Positions 33,883 to 47,115 are shown, numbered from the stretch's first letter. The stretch: DNA of 50,931 nt from Octopus sinensis (GCF_006345805.1 NW_021834159.1:1-50931), one strand, 5' to 3'. Numbers and translations: made by a program. Notes: generated from the letters alone by a model not told the origin.

Positions 33883-34276
33883 TGGTTTCAAATTATGCTA
33901 CAAGGGCAGCAATTTTTGGGGAGGAGATGAGTCAATTACATCGACCCCAGTGTTCAACTGGTACTTATTTTATTGACCCTGAAAGGATGACAAGTAAAGT
34001 CCACTTCCGTGGAATCTGAACTCAGAACATAGCGACGAGCGAAATACCTATTTCTTTACTACCCACAAGGAGCTAAACACAGAGAGGACAAACAAGGACA
34101 GACAAACGGATTTAGTCGATTTTATCGACCCCAGTGCGTAACTGGTACTTATTTAATCGACCCCGACAGGATAAAAGGCAAAGTGGACCTCGGCGGAATT
34201 TGAACTCAGAACGTAGCGGCAGACGAAATACCGCTAAGCATTCCGTCCAGTGCGCTGACGGTTCTGCCAGCTCGCC

Positions 34277-34372
<96 letters not shown>

Positions 34373-35655
34373 GTTTCAAATTTTGGTACAAGGCCAGAAG
34401 TTTCAAGGAGGGGCTAAGTCGATTATATCGACCCCAGTGATCATCTGGTACTTATTTTATCGACCCCGACCCCGAATGGATGAAAGGCAAAGCCGATTCA
34501 TCGGAATTTGAATTCAGAATGAAAACACGGGCGAGATGCTGTCAAGCATTTTGTTGGGTGTGGTAACGATTCTACTCACTCTCCAATAATAATTCTTTCT
34601 AACTTTTGGCACAAGACCAGCAATTGAAGGGGGAGGGGTAAGTTGATTACATCGACCCCCAGTGCGCTCAACTGGTACTTGTTTAGTCGACCCCCGAAAG
34701 AATGAAAGATAAAATCGGCCTCGGAGAGATTTTAGCTTAGCATGTAAAAAGCCAGAAAATACTATTAAGCGTTTTGTCTAGTGTGCTAACGATTCGCCCA
34801 GCTAGCCAATAATAATTCTAATCCTTACACAAGGCCTGAAAATTGTGCGAAGGTGGCTAATCGATTACATTGATCCCAGTGTTTAACTGGTACTTATTTC
34901 ATCGACTCCGAAAAGATGAAAGGCTAAGTCGACCTTGTTGAGATTTGAACTTAGAACATATAGAGACCCAGAAGAAAAGTCGCTAGGCAATTTATTCGAT
35001 TCACTAACGCTTCTTATTTCTTTATTGCCACAAGGGGCTAAACATAGAGGAGACAAACAAGGAGTGACAAAGGGATTAAGTCGATTACATCGACCCCATT
35101 GCGTGACTGGTACTTAATTTATCGACCCCGAAACGATGAAAGGCAAAGTCGACCTCGGCGGAATTTGAACTCAAAACGTAACGGCAGACGAAGACAGACG
35201 AAATACCTATTTCTTTATTACCCACAAGGGGCTAAACATAGAGGGGACAAACAAGGACATACATAGGTATTAAGTCGATTACATCGACCCCAGTGCGTAA
35301 CTGGTGCTTAATTTATCGACCCCGAAACGATGAAAGGCAAAGTCGACCTCGGCGGAATTTGAACTCACAACGTAACGGCAGACGAAATACCTATTTCTTT
35401 ACTACCCACAAGGGGCTAAACACAAAGGGGACAAACAAGGACAGACAAATGGATTAAGTCGATTACATCGACCCCAGTTCGTATCTGGTACTTAATTTAT
35501 CGACCCCGAAAGGATGAAAGGCAAAGTCGACCTCGGCGGAATTTGAACTCACAACGTAACGGCAGACGAAATACCGCTAAGCATTTCGCCTGGCATGCTA
35601 ACATTTCTGCCAGCTCACCACTAAGCATTTCACCCGGCGTGCTAACGTTTCTGCC
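33883..35655 (-). mobile_element. Pile of about eight family B SINE units, all on the minus strand, with (AAT)n linkers
   Basis: Units at about 33883, 34047, 34372, 34595, 34815, 35012, 35207 and 35391, each with the cgaccccagt...tggtactta...gaaaggatgaaaggc core. Confidence 0.9.
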
Positions 35656-36729
35656 AGCTTTAATGCTTGTCACAAATTTTGACTCCGTGTTGACCTCGCA
35701 AACCAGCTTGACCGATACTAGCTCTATCAAAAAGCACACATCATCAATGACCACATGTTCAAGTTTTTAATTCTTTTATTCTTCTGAATCTATTGATAGC
35801 ATAATGATATTTGTGACTTTCTACTCCTCTGCCTGTCTGCGTGTCTGCCTGTCTGTTTCTCCCTTTCTTCCTCTATCATCTCTTCTCTCTTCACCTCTGA
35901 CTGTTTTAGACCCAAATCCTAGCAACTGGTATCTATGTCTATTTAATATGCCACCAGACAGAAATCTTACTCGCACAAAACCCACATTTAATAACACCCG
36001 CCCACATCTGCATGAATAAACAAATACATGTTTAAAAAGGACATTACAAAAATATAACAGAAACACACTTTATGCAACTGCACTAAACCGAGTCACTTAC
36101 TATGATGCTAAAATCCCATCCAATGCTGTGAAATATTATCATTTAATAATAAAAATAAAGGTAGTAATTTGGAATAAAAAGGAAAAAAAAAACAGGACAT
36201 TGTTTCCAGCCTCCTAGGAATTTCATTTGATGGGATCTACTATGAGAGTATTCACTTAGCGATAAGGAATTACATGATACATAAATATTGAGGAAATGCT
36301 TAGTAAAGAAAATGTGTACTGGTCGTCGCCCGAATAAAATGGGATTGAGTTCTCCAGAGTCTGAGTTAGACACAAGACAGATGTTGAAGAGAGGAGACAT
36401 GTCATTGATGAAAGGACTTTGACAAACTAACAACCGATTGATTGTTTAACGATCGATTAGTCAGTTGATTAGATATTGAACCAGTGCGTGTGTTGTTATT
36501 ATTATTGGGCGACAGATTCAATGCAGACCTTGAAGAGAGGGGGCATATAATTGATGACGTCGTGAATAGCAACGAAAAAACTTGGAAAGAAACGGTTGAT
36601 TGTTTGCTTAAACAACACATAAACAGACGATCGATTAGTTGGCTGGTTAGACTTTTAACCAATTGTCTAACAATAAAGAAATGATATTGAACCAGTGCGC
36701 GTGTTTTTTAATATTGGCGAAATGACCCT

Positions 36730-37950
36730 CCCAAGACACAACAAAATATACTTCGAGACAATCCTAAAAGATTTTGTAGGAAAATTGCAAAAGCTAATAT
36801 ACATATTAAAGCCGCACATACCGAGGGGGAAGTATTTCTCCCAGGATTCATCAACGAGTCAGAGACTGAAGATACTATAGAGCAAATATGGAAAGATATC
36901 TTCGATGAAGGTCTTGGGACTTCACTGAGAAGTTACAGCAAAAGGAAATAACATGGGAAGGATAAACTCCCTAACTTCCGGTTGAATGCTTTCCCTAAAT
37001 CTCATGGGAGAATGACACACCTCTATAACAGCTTTATGCATGACTCCTGGAAAATACCTCCCAGTCTGCTATATAGAGTAACTCACTCTCCCAAAATGAC
37101 GAAACCAATAATCCTCAAAACTACCGACTGTGTAAAATAATTAATACCCATCGTTAATGAATATACGTATATCTTCCTGATAGATAACAAAATATTCCTG
37201 ACGAATAAGAAGGTTGTAAACATTGCTTGTATGAGAGTAAAGACAGGCTTTTAATCAATAAAACGATTCTAGAGGACTGGCATAAAAGCTTACAAAGATC
37301 TTTTCATTGCATATGTTGATTAAAAAAATACAAAACAGGCTTTGATAGCTTGATGAATATGCTAAGCCACATTATTGATGGAAGAACTTTCGAAAGCGTA
37401 CAATATACAGATAGAGAAGACTACCATAATCAAGTAATTAGATCTTGAAGAAAACTATAAATATTTAGAGCTATACGAAGTGGGTGGTATCCAGCGCCCA
37501 CAAACAAACGCACCAGGAAATGCAGAAAGAATGCTATCATAGTGTTAGCGCAATGCCAAAGTGCAAACTTAATGCGAGAAAGAAGATTGATGCTATCACT
37601 TGCTTATGCCTGTTGTAATCTACAGCTCTAATATCATAAAATGGCCCATCAATGACATGAATAAAATTGACGCAAAAATACGCAAGTTTCTCACGATGCA
37701 GACTATACATCCCACAAAAGAATGAAGGACGTCGACTGATGCTGTTGCAAATGTCTTTAAAGACAGTAATCATTGGATTAGACATCTCTCTAAAGAATAC
37801 TAATGACTGGATCTTTCAAGTTGTCTGCAAGCATGTAAGTACCAAGAAATTATATTCAATATCAGAAGAAGCAAAGAAATGTGTAAAGAAATTGACGATC
37901 ACCGAGACAAGATGAAACACTCGCAGTGGAAGCAAAACAAAAGCACAAGT
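36730..37950 (+). pseudogene. Decayed Dong/R4-clade non-LTR retrotransposon ORF fragment
   Basis: Across frameshifts: LRDNPKRFCRK, DKLPNFRLNAFP (36961), NPQNYR (37110), IAYVD..FDS, EENYKYLE (37447), KCKLNARKKIDAIT, NKIDAKIRKFLTM, RLYIPQKNEGRRL, KKLYSISEEAK. These follow the motif order of R4-clade RT and post-RT regions. Confidence 0.8.
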
Positions 37951-37965
37951 CAATTCACATGCAAC

Positions 37966-37977
37966 CACACAGACACA

Positions 37978-38076
<99 letters not shown>

Positions 38077-38088
38077 GCACACACACAC
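37966..38088. repeat. (CA)n microsatellite
   Basis: Direct reading. Confidence 0.95.
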
Positions 38089-38094
38089 GGCCAA

Positions 38095-38500
38095 AGGCAG
38101 TGAGCTGGTAGAATCGTTAGCACAGCGGACGAAATGCTTAGCGGCATTTCGTCTGCCTCTACGTTCTGAGTTCAAATTCTGCCGAGGTCAGCTTTGCCTT
38201 TCATACTTTCGGGGTCGATAAATTAAGTAGCAGTTACGCCCTGGGGTCGATGTAATCGTCTTAATCCCTTTTTCTGTCCTTGTTTGTCCCCTCTATGTTT
38301 AGCCCCTTGTGGGCAATAAAAAAATAAGAATCGTTATTATTCTGGGCGAAATGCTTAGCAACATTGTCCTTACGTTTTGAGTTCAAATTCCGCCGAGGTC
38401 GACTTTGCCTTTAATCCTTTCGAAGTCGATAAAATAACTACCAGCTGAACACCTTAATCCCTTCTCCGAAACTACTGACCTTGTGCCAAAATTTGAAACC
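38095..38500 (+). mobile_element. Family B SINE dimer; second unit has the ttgtgccaaaatttgaaacc tail
   Basis: Two ctgagttcaaatt...gaggtc cores in tandem. Confidence 0.87.
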
Positions 38501-39014
38501 AATACATACATATTAATATTACTCAAAGAAATACCAACTTTGATTTTCATGTTTTATTTACCATCTTATAATAATATAATATAAGATAATATAACAGAAT
38601 GAAATAATGGAATATTAAATATCCATTCTGATTGAACTAGTACTTTCATGCATTAAACTATGCAATCTTCAGGTTCATATAGTTGTGGTGACAGTTATAT
38701 TTTACAATTCACAACAATAATGAGAAGGCTAAAATGTGTGCCTTAAATACATTTGTATAGGTTCCAGAATGTTAAGTTTTACAAACTGTATTCTGAACAA
38801 CCAGTGTGTGACTTTACTAAATGATGTAAGTTGATTGGTGTTTGGTTTAGGCGTCACGGTTTGTTGAATATTGAATATGTCAAGAGACCTGTATTTTGGA
38901 CCTGGCCAAAGCAGTGTTTGGCTACTTTTAGAAATGTGAAGAACATTTCCCAGGGATTTTTTACATCTCATTTATCATCGTCAACATTATCATTACCTTT
39001 ATTATTGATGCCTT

Positions 39015-39018
<4 letters not shown>

Positions 39019-39074
<56 letters not shown>

Positions 39075-39075
39075 C

Positions 39076-39147
<72 letters not shown>

Positions 39148-39196
39148 CACACATATATATGTATATATATATGTACACATACACACACACACACAC

Positions 39197-39232
<36 letters not shown>

Positions 39233-39235
39233 CAA
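39019..39235. repeat. (TCTA)n followed by TA/CA compound microsatellite
   Basis: Direct reading. Confidence 0.93.
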
Positions 39236-41919
39236 CTTATATATACAAGTTGTTTATAATTTTAACCTTAAAGGTATTTTAATATGCTGCCACATTTTCT
39301 GATGAAATTTTTTTCTGTAAAAAAGCTTCATCCTATATTAGTGTATATATATATGTCTGCATCATACAATATATCAAGGCATTGCAGATAAATGATTTGA
39401 TAGATTCATAAACATAAAGTAGCTATAGATAAAAATATATAAGGACAATCCATCACACACCGACGAGAAATCGGTGTCAAGGTCGGATTGGAGTACACAA
39501 CGACCCCAACTAATCACCCACTTTGGACGCAGGAAAGTGATACATTCAAAAGTACCCATGAACATCCTTTGTTCTCAACAAAGCAAGAACCATCCCACGT
39601 CGTATGGACAGGCTAGTGTCTGGTGATGCTAGACTTCCGGTGTCGTTTTCACTAATGGTCTATCGCCTGAGTTTCTTTTGAATTCTTACATTAATTTTGT
39701 TCAGAAATACTTGTGTGTAGATAGTCTTTGTGAGAAGAATTGTGAATCTAAATTTAGACATGTGAGTATGTGTATGTGTGCGCGGAAGTGTGTGTGAGAG
39801 AAAGAGAATGGCTCTCGTCACACATTTTGCTTACCTTCGATTTGCAATCATATCGCCTTTTATAGCCACACGTGAACATTTTTGGGTTGCCCATCCTAAA
39901 GAGCAATAAAAGCCTTCTGGGTGTTTAGGCTTCCATACTATGCTAATTTTTTGACGTTGTCTTCACCTGTATCCTTTTATTTTCCTCTCTTCTACTTTTC
40001 TACTTACCACTTTCTTATACAGCAAGATTTTTCGTCTTCATAGAATTTACAGACATTCATCTCTGGTCTGTGGAAAAGGTGGAATTCCACGATCAGGAAT
40101 TGCACGTCATCTTGGGAAATAGTTTCCCTTCGGATGTTGTACTTTAACATTTGCTGTTTCTCATCAACATTCATCTTCTCATATCGTTCTTTACTCCACA
40201 ACGGTCCCTCGTTGTGCTCCAGTTTTTTTCGCTTGCCATCATCGCAAACGGATAGGATGGTGGTATCGATGGAAAGAGGTATCATCCTCTTATATCGATT
40301 ATAGTAGTCTTGCCTAGCTGTATATTTCTATATCAAATAGTATGAAGCTCCGAAAGACAATTCTAATATTGCGAATTCAGAGGAAGGTAGCGTGAAAGTT
40401 GGGAACATTTTTGAAGGTGATTCTCAATCACCAAGTTGCTTTTTTACATGGATCTCATTCCCCTAAGAAAGGTAGATTCACCTTCAGAACTTCAGCTGTA
40501 GTGCTATAAGAACTCCGGAATCTATTCTTGTTACTGTTTTTCTGCTTATCCTAACCCTCTGGGTTTTCCTTGCCTTTTCAGTCCGCCAGGACTTTTGCTT
40601 ATGTGAATATCTTTTACACATAAGCCTGTGAGCGCATATGGGTAAAAATTAGCCTTTCTGCCCTGCACCACCAGTTCAATTGCTCATGTTTCTCGCCCTC
40701 CGAATAGCTCTGTACACTTTCGGGGTCATAACTTGTAAATTTATGCTGATCCCTGCCATATCCACAAATCATTCTTTTCCATCTGTACACTACCGTCCAG
40801 TCACATTGTACTATGGCTGTGACAACGAGCCAGAATCAGTGTCGTTGCTAATGCTCCTGACTGTCAGCCCTGTGTTGCGAAGATCTAGGAAGATCTAGGT
40901 AGAAATCTATAGAAGGTTGTGTCGCTCATCACCTCCGCATACCGCACTGCCAACCCCTTCCTTACTCATGAAAACAGGTACTGCATCAGGTTTGCCTCGC
41001 CCGAGAGCAGGAAACTTTGACGTCATCCAGAGCCTCTTGTAAGTCGTCCGTAGAGGACAGACATATTAAAGCAGTCCTCACTTTGTGGGCTAAGGGTATC
41101 GCAAATTTTTCTTTGCTCGGCCTTAGACAAATTCCTCGGGCAACTGGAACATTCACCTGCCACATTTGTCTCTCTGGCTGAATCTTCTCTCTTTCTAGGG
41201 ATTTCCTTAATGCATGCAACACATGCAAAGCTGTGTGTTACTGCTATTGTTATTCACGACTCGTCAAAATGGATCACAATCGTATCAAGAACTACAAAAA
41301 CTATGTTTTTTAATTTTAAAACGTTAGTACTTTGTTTTACATTATTTTGTTAATTTTATTTTTGTACCTTTTTCTTGCTTTTGTGTGTTTTCTGTGCAGC
41401 TGTCAAGGTTCTTTCTTTTTTTTTTGTTATTTTTCATGGGGAATTAGTAAGTTTTTTTTACCGACATTTTATGTTGAATGTCAACCAAAACAAAAGAGAA
41501 GGAAAAAAAAAAAAATGGTGGCGGATCGGAAAAATTCGTTTTTGGCCTAATTTGGACGAGAAATTGAATTAGAATTATCTAAAAAATATATCGTTATTCT
41601 TTGAATCAATTTGAAAGAATTGACACACTAAAAAAAAAAAAAAATGTTATTCAACTTTGAAAAAAAAATAACACCCACAAAAATTAAACTGGATTCGGGT
41701 GTGTTGTGAGGTACATCTTGTCAGGTAAAGTAAAACAACAACAACAACAACAACTATTACTACTACTACTTAACTGGTACCTTTTTATTTTATCGACCTC
41801 GGAGGGATGAAAGGCCAAAGTGACACCGGCAAGATTTGAACTCGAAACGTATAGAGTTTAAATTAAATATTGCAATGTCCGATTCTCTAACAATTCTGAC
41901 AACCTATTTAATATCTTAG

Positions 41920-42227
41920 GAAGTACAATGGCCCAGTGGTTAGGGCAGCGGACTCGCGGTCGGGGGACCGCGGTTTCGATTCCCAGACCGGGCTACGTGT
42001 GTGTTTATTGAGTGAAAACACCTAAATCTTCACGAGGCTCCCGCAGGTGGTGGTGGCGACCCCTGTTGTACTCTTTCGCCCTAACTTTCTCTCACTCATT
42101 CTTCCTGTTTCTTGAGTAACGCTGCGATGGACCGGCGTCCCGTCCAGCTGGGGGAACACATACGCCATAGAAACCGGGAAACCGGGCCCATGAGCCTGGC
42201 TAGGCTTGAAAAAGGGCGCATAAATAA
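41920..42227 (+). mobile_element. Chimeric SINE: family A 5' half plus family C 3' half
   Basis: 14-bp TSD atttaatatcttag at 41906-41919 and 42228-42241; switch at ...ttcctgtttct|tgagtaacgctgcgatgg (about 42112). Confidence 0.88.
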
Positions 42228-42389
42228 ATTTAATATCTTAGATAGGCACATGGCCACACATTGGGTGGGGTAGGAGAGTTTAGCCGAATATATTCATTCC
42301 AGTATTTTCGTAGTGCTTTTTTTTTTCTTTTTATAAACTCCTGGAAGGATGAAAGGCAAATACAATCGCAATAGGACAACGCAGAGCAA

Positions 42390-42716
42390 AACAGACACTC
42401 CGTCGGTTACGACGACGAGTGTTCCAGTTGATCCGATCAATAGAACAGCTTGCTCGTCAAATTGACGTACAAGTAGCTGAGCTCTCAATACACAAGGGAA
42501 CCTTTAACGTAGTTCTCAGGGAGATGCAGTGTGTTACAGAACGTGGCAAGGCTGACTCATTGAATCATAGGTACAACTCATTTTTGGCCAGTTGAGTGAA
42601 CTGGAGCAATGGAAAATAAAGTGTCTTGCTCATGAACATAACGCGCCGCGGTAAATCGAACGCACGACCTTACGATCGTAAGCCAAATGCCCTAACCACT
42701 AAGCCACGCGCTTTCA
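42390..42716 (-). mobile_element. Degraded family A tail fragment (about 42390-42530) and family C head (about 42560-42716)
   Basis: cactccgtcggttacgacgacgag, and aactggagcaa...cctaaccactaagccacgcgc. Confidence 0.7.
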
Positions 42717-42747
42717 CGTAGAGTAAAAAGACTCGTAACTAAATACC

Positions 42748-43165
42748 TATTTCTTTACTACCCACAAGGGGCTAAACACAGAGAGGGACAAACGAGGACA
42801 GACAAAGGGATTAAGTCGATTACATCGACCCCTGTGCATAACTGGTACTTAATTTATCGACCCCGAAAGGATGAAAGGTAAAGTCAACCTCGGCGGAATT
42901 TGAACTCAGAACGTAGCGGCAGACGAAATACCTATTTCTTTACTACCCACAAGGGGCTAAACACAGAGGGGACGAACAAGGACAGACAAACGTATTAAGT
43001 CGATTATATCGACCCCAGTGCGTAACTGGTACTTATTTAATCGACCCCGAAAGGATGAAAGGCAAAGTCGACCTCGGCGGAATTTGAACTCAGAACGTAA
43101 CGGCAGACGAAATACCGCAAAGCATTTCGCCCGACGTGCTAACGCGTCTGCCGGCTCACCGTCTT
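42748..43165 (-). mobile_element. Family B SINE dimer
   Basis: 16-bp TSD ctcgtaactaaatacc at 42732-42747 and 43166-43181. Confidence 0.92.
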
Positions 43166-44469
43166 CTCGTAACTAAATACCGCATGGCATTTGTAACAAA
43201 CGCAGACAAAAATTTTATTCGGAGTGGTATAGTCGATTATAGTAATCCAGTACTTTACTGGTACTTGTTTTGTTGACATCCTGAAGGGGTAAAAATTAAT
43301 GTTAATCCCAGCTAGATTTCAACAGAGAACGAAGACGAACAATGTGACTACTTTATCTTTATAACGTTGATAGTCATCGACAATAATTTATGTTAATTTA
43401 TTATAAAAAATTATAATCTATTATTTTAAAAAAAAACTTACATTCTAAGAACAAAAAAATTCTGAACGAAATCAATCCCCTTATTATTTTGCCTTGCCTG
43501 ACTGTCTGAGAAAGAGTATTTATTCAAGTTAATAATTTAGCCATTTATCATTTCGATAAGCGCCGATAAAATATGTTGAATTAAGAAGAACTGGAGTGGT
43601 TGATTAGGTAGATCTTTATCGACTATTTATGTACCCTTCTCAGTAAATTTTGGATCTTCTCTCTTAGTTAGAAATCAATAATATAAGTAGCGACGACGAC
43701 GATGATATTTTCTGAATTTTCCCACCAGGGGGTGAAAATCGGACACAAACGATACACATATATTTTCTCATTACAATACGATACCATGCAACAACAACAC
43801 CTACAACAACGATATAATTCAGCAATAAAAACAAATTGAAAACTACATCTCCGCTGATGCATAAAGTGATGTAACATATCTCGTTCCAGGCGAGCGAGTT
43901 CTGAACTGTTAACTTCAAGTAACAAAACGATAGGAACAACAAAAAGAAAATAAAAACAAGTCATTTCATCCTCTATTGCGGACATAACGACAGCCTGGTT
44001 TCATTTAACAGCACCAAGACACAGTCTCTACATTACAGGAAACACAATCCTAGCAGAATATCCTATCGTTACTCATGGATGATCAACACACGATTAAATA
44101 AAACACGTCTAAACGATCTTGAGAGAAGACGCTTGCGTGGTCTCTCAGTTTGTTAGAAATAGCAGTCAAAAATTTTTTCTCAAATCACTCCCTAACGCGA
44201 TCGGTCTTCAACTTTTAACTTCAAGATGCTCTGGAGCAAAAAATAATGCAACAATAACAACAACAACAATAACAAACAAATAACAACAATAGCAACTATT
44301 GGAAAATTATTGAAAAATCAGTTTTAATATGAGAAATGACTGGAATAACAACATTTCTACTAACACGGTTTTAAATTACTGAAGCTTTTACATGAATTTT
44401 TCTACGCCTCAAAGTATGTATTTTAAAATCTGTGACACAACTAGAAACCTCAATGCAGCGCACCTTTTG

Positions 44470-44900
44470 AGACTGACCGTATCCTTTTCTTTCATATATG
44501 TGGAAAATGTCGACATCTTTGAAGTCCTGGGTGGATGTCTTCGTTCTACAACGAAGAGTCAGTCAGCTCTACAAAAGTGAATATCCAAGTCGCTTAATAC
44601 ATTTCAGTAAAAGTGGGTCAGAAAGGCTTTGTCATTGGATATGCAAGTGATTGTCTCTATGTCTTCTAGACATGTGCTTGAAAAGTCAAGCTTGTAGTTC
44701 ATTTCTATCTGTGGTAGATGGGTAAAAGTATCATCAATGTTTGCAGATGACCTCTTGAACCCATTATTAATATGTTTTCCCGAATTCCCCTGTGTCTGTC
44801 GTTTCACAGTAAACAATATTTGGTCGTCAGTGCTGAGGAGGCCAATGAGCCAAGAGCTATGGACCATAGACAGCCTCCAGGCGCAGGTTTGCTAGAAGGG
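44470..44900 (-). pseudogene. Possible highly decayed Penelope-like reverse transcriptase fragment
   Basis: Ordered weak matches ALGSLASSAL (cf. AMGSPLSP), NIDDTF (cf. YVDDTF), PTFTEMY (cf. KPTFTG.Y), ERKGYG (cf. NGYP), in different frames. Confidence 0.3.
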
Positions 44901-44934
44901 CCACCTGTCTGCATAACTTTGAATCTCATATACC

Positions 44935-45322
44935 TATTTCTTTACTACCCACAGAGGACAAACAAGGACAGACAAACGGATTAAGTCGATTACATCGACC
45001 CCAGTGTGTAACTGGTACTTATTTAATCGACCCCGAAAAGATGAAAGGCAAAGTCGACCTCGGCGGAATTTGAACTCAGAACGTAGCGGCAGACGAAATA
45101 CCTATTTCTTTACTACCCACAAGGAGCTAAACACAGAGAGGAGAAACAAGGACAGACAAACGGATTAAGTCGATTACAGCGACCCCAGTGTGTTACTGGT
45201 ACTTATTTAATCGACCCCGAAAGGATGAAAGGCAAAGTCGACCTCGGCGGAATTTGAACTCAGAACGTAGCGGCAGACGAAATACCGCTAAGCATTTCGC
45301 CCGGCGTGCTAACGTTTCTACC
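44935..45322 (-). mobile_element. Family B SINE dimer, 5' end clipped
   Basis: Same gacgaaatacc|tatttcttt junction at about 45100; no TSD seen. Confidence 0.88.
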
Positions 45323-45535
45323 AGGAGTCTTGCCTCTCTCGGAAGCTTGCACCTCTCGGAGTCTTGCTTGCACTGAATGGCAGATCAGAGTGAAGACTAC
45401 CTCCTTACTTGCTCGACAGATTACCCTGATGGCATTGGAGACACTGGTTTAATTTCTTCGTCATTTTCGTCGAAGCAGTCTTGCCGCTTGCAATTGGCTG
45501 AGCCGAGCCGACGTGCGCCCGGGCAGTTTGGTGAA

Positions 45536-45602
45536 CACTGTCTTTGAAGAAGGATCACTGTCTTGAAGAAGGATCACTGTCTTTGAAGAAGGATCACTGT
45601 CT
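45536..45602. repeat. 20-bp tandem repeat x3.3 (cactgtctttgaagaaggat)
   Basis: Units at 45536, 45556 (19 bp) and 45575, partial at 45595. Confidence 0.9.
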
Positions 45603-45761
45603 CTCGCTGCATCATTGTATTCATGTGGTCTGAATCACTATACTACCCAGGTTTGGTGAGGAAGTCGAGACGAGATTGTCTGGTATTTGGACTTCGTATT
45701 TGAACTTAACGAAATAGCCCTTTTACCACACAGACGTGCGTGCGTGTCTATCTGTCAGTCA

Positions 45762-45795
<34 letters not shown>

Positions 45796-45829
45796 ATAAA
45801 CATGAAGTCTTTAGTGACGTGCCAGTGAT

Positions 45830-45982
45830 AAATAATTGTGTGTGTGTGTATGTATGTGTGTGTGTGTATGTATATATATATGTATGTATGTATATATATG
45901 TATATATGTATATGTATGTATATATATATGTATATATGTATATGTATGTATATATATATGTGTATATATATATGTGTGTGTA

Positions 45983-46015
<33 letters not shown>

Positions 46016-46188
46016 GTACATACTTGAATGTGTAAATACATATATTTGTGTGTGTATTAAATATATATATAATTATTAGGTACATATATTTATACATAGA
46101 AATACGCATACCTTTCTATCTATCTATCTTATCTATCTATCGATATATATATCTATCTAATGATCTAATATCGATCTATCTATCTATA

Positions 46189-46222
<34 letters not shown>

Positions 46223-46569
46223 CTATCTATATCTATCTATCCACACAACACAAACACACCAACACAATATATATATATAAACATGAAGTCTTTAGTGACA
46301 TGCCAGTGATAATAAATAATTAGCAACAAACATTTTTAGTCGCACACACATATTTTCGACGCAAATTTTCAATTATTAATACAATTCGAAATTAAAAATA
46401 GCACCTGCATAACTTGAAGTAGCATTAAATTGTGTTAGACGTGTGTGTTGGTCGGTAAGGTGTGAGTGTTAGCATCTACGAGCGCTTGTGTCGTTGCGTG
46501 AGAGTTATATATATTTGTATGTATGTGTGTGTGTATATTTATATACATATATATTAATATATACATACA

Positions 46570-46611
<42 letters not shown>

Positions 46612-46667
46612 CATATATATATATATATATATACATACATATACATATATATATATAATAATATATA

Positions 46668-46703
<36 letters not shown>

Positions 46704-47115
46704 TATACATACATATACATATTAACTATATATATATATATATATATATACAACATTATATATACAAATATATACATACATATATATACTATATACATAC
46801 ATATATATACATACATAACATATATACATCATTATATATATATATATATATAATATATATATTACATACATATACATATATATTAATATATCATACATTA
46901 TATACAACATTTATTATAAATAATATATACATATATATATATATATAATATATATCTATATATATTATATATATATAGATAGATACATACATATATATAC
47001 ACACAAACGCCGCAGTCATTCACACTTACATTTGTGCATACATACATACACACATACATGCATACATACATACATACATACATACATACATACACACATA
47101 CATACATTTATATAT
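45830..47115. repeat. Large compound TA/TG/TCTA/TACA microsatellite field
   Basis: Direct reading; interrupted by unique sequence at about 46270-46510; source of about ten spurious ORFs. Confidence 0.9.

Noticed and set aside
38729-38971. Minus-strand 80-aa ORF as a LINE C-terminus
   Set aside because: No CCHC or PD..D endonuclease motif is recognisable.
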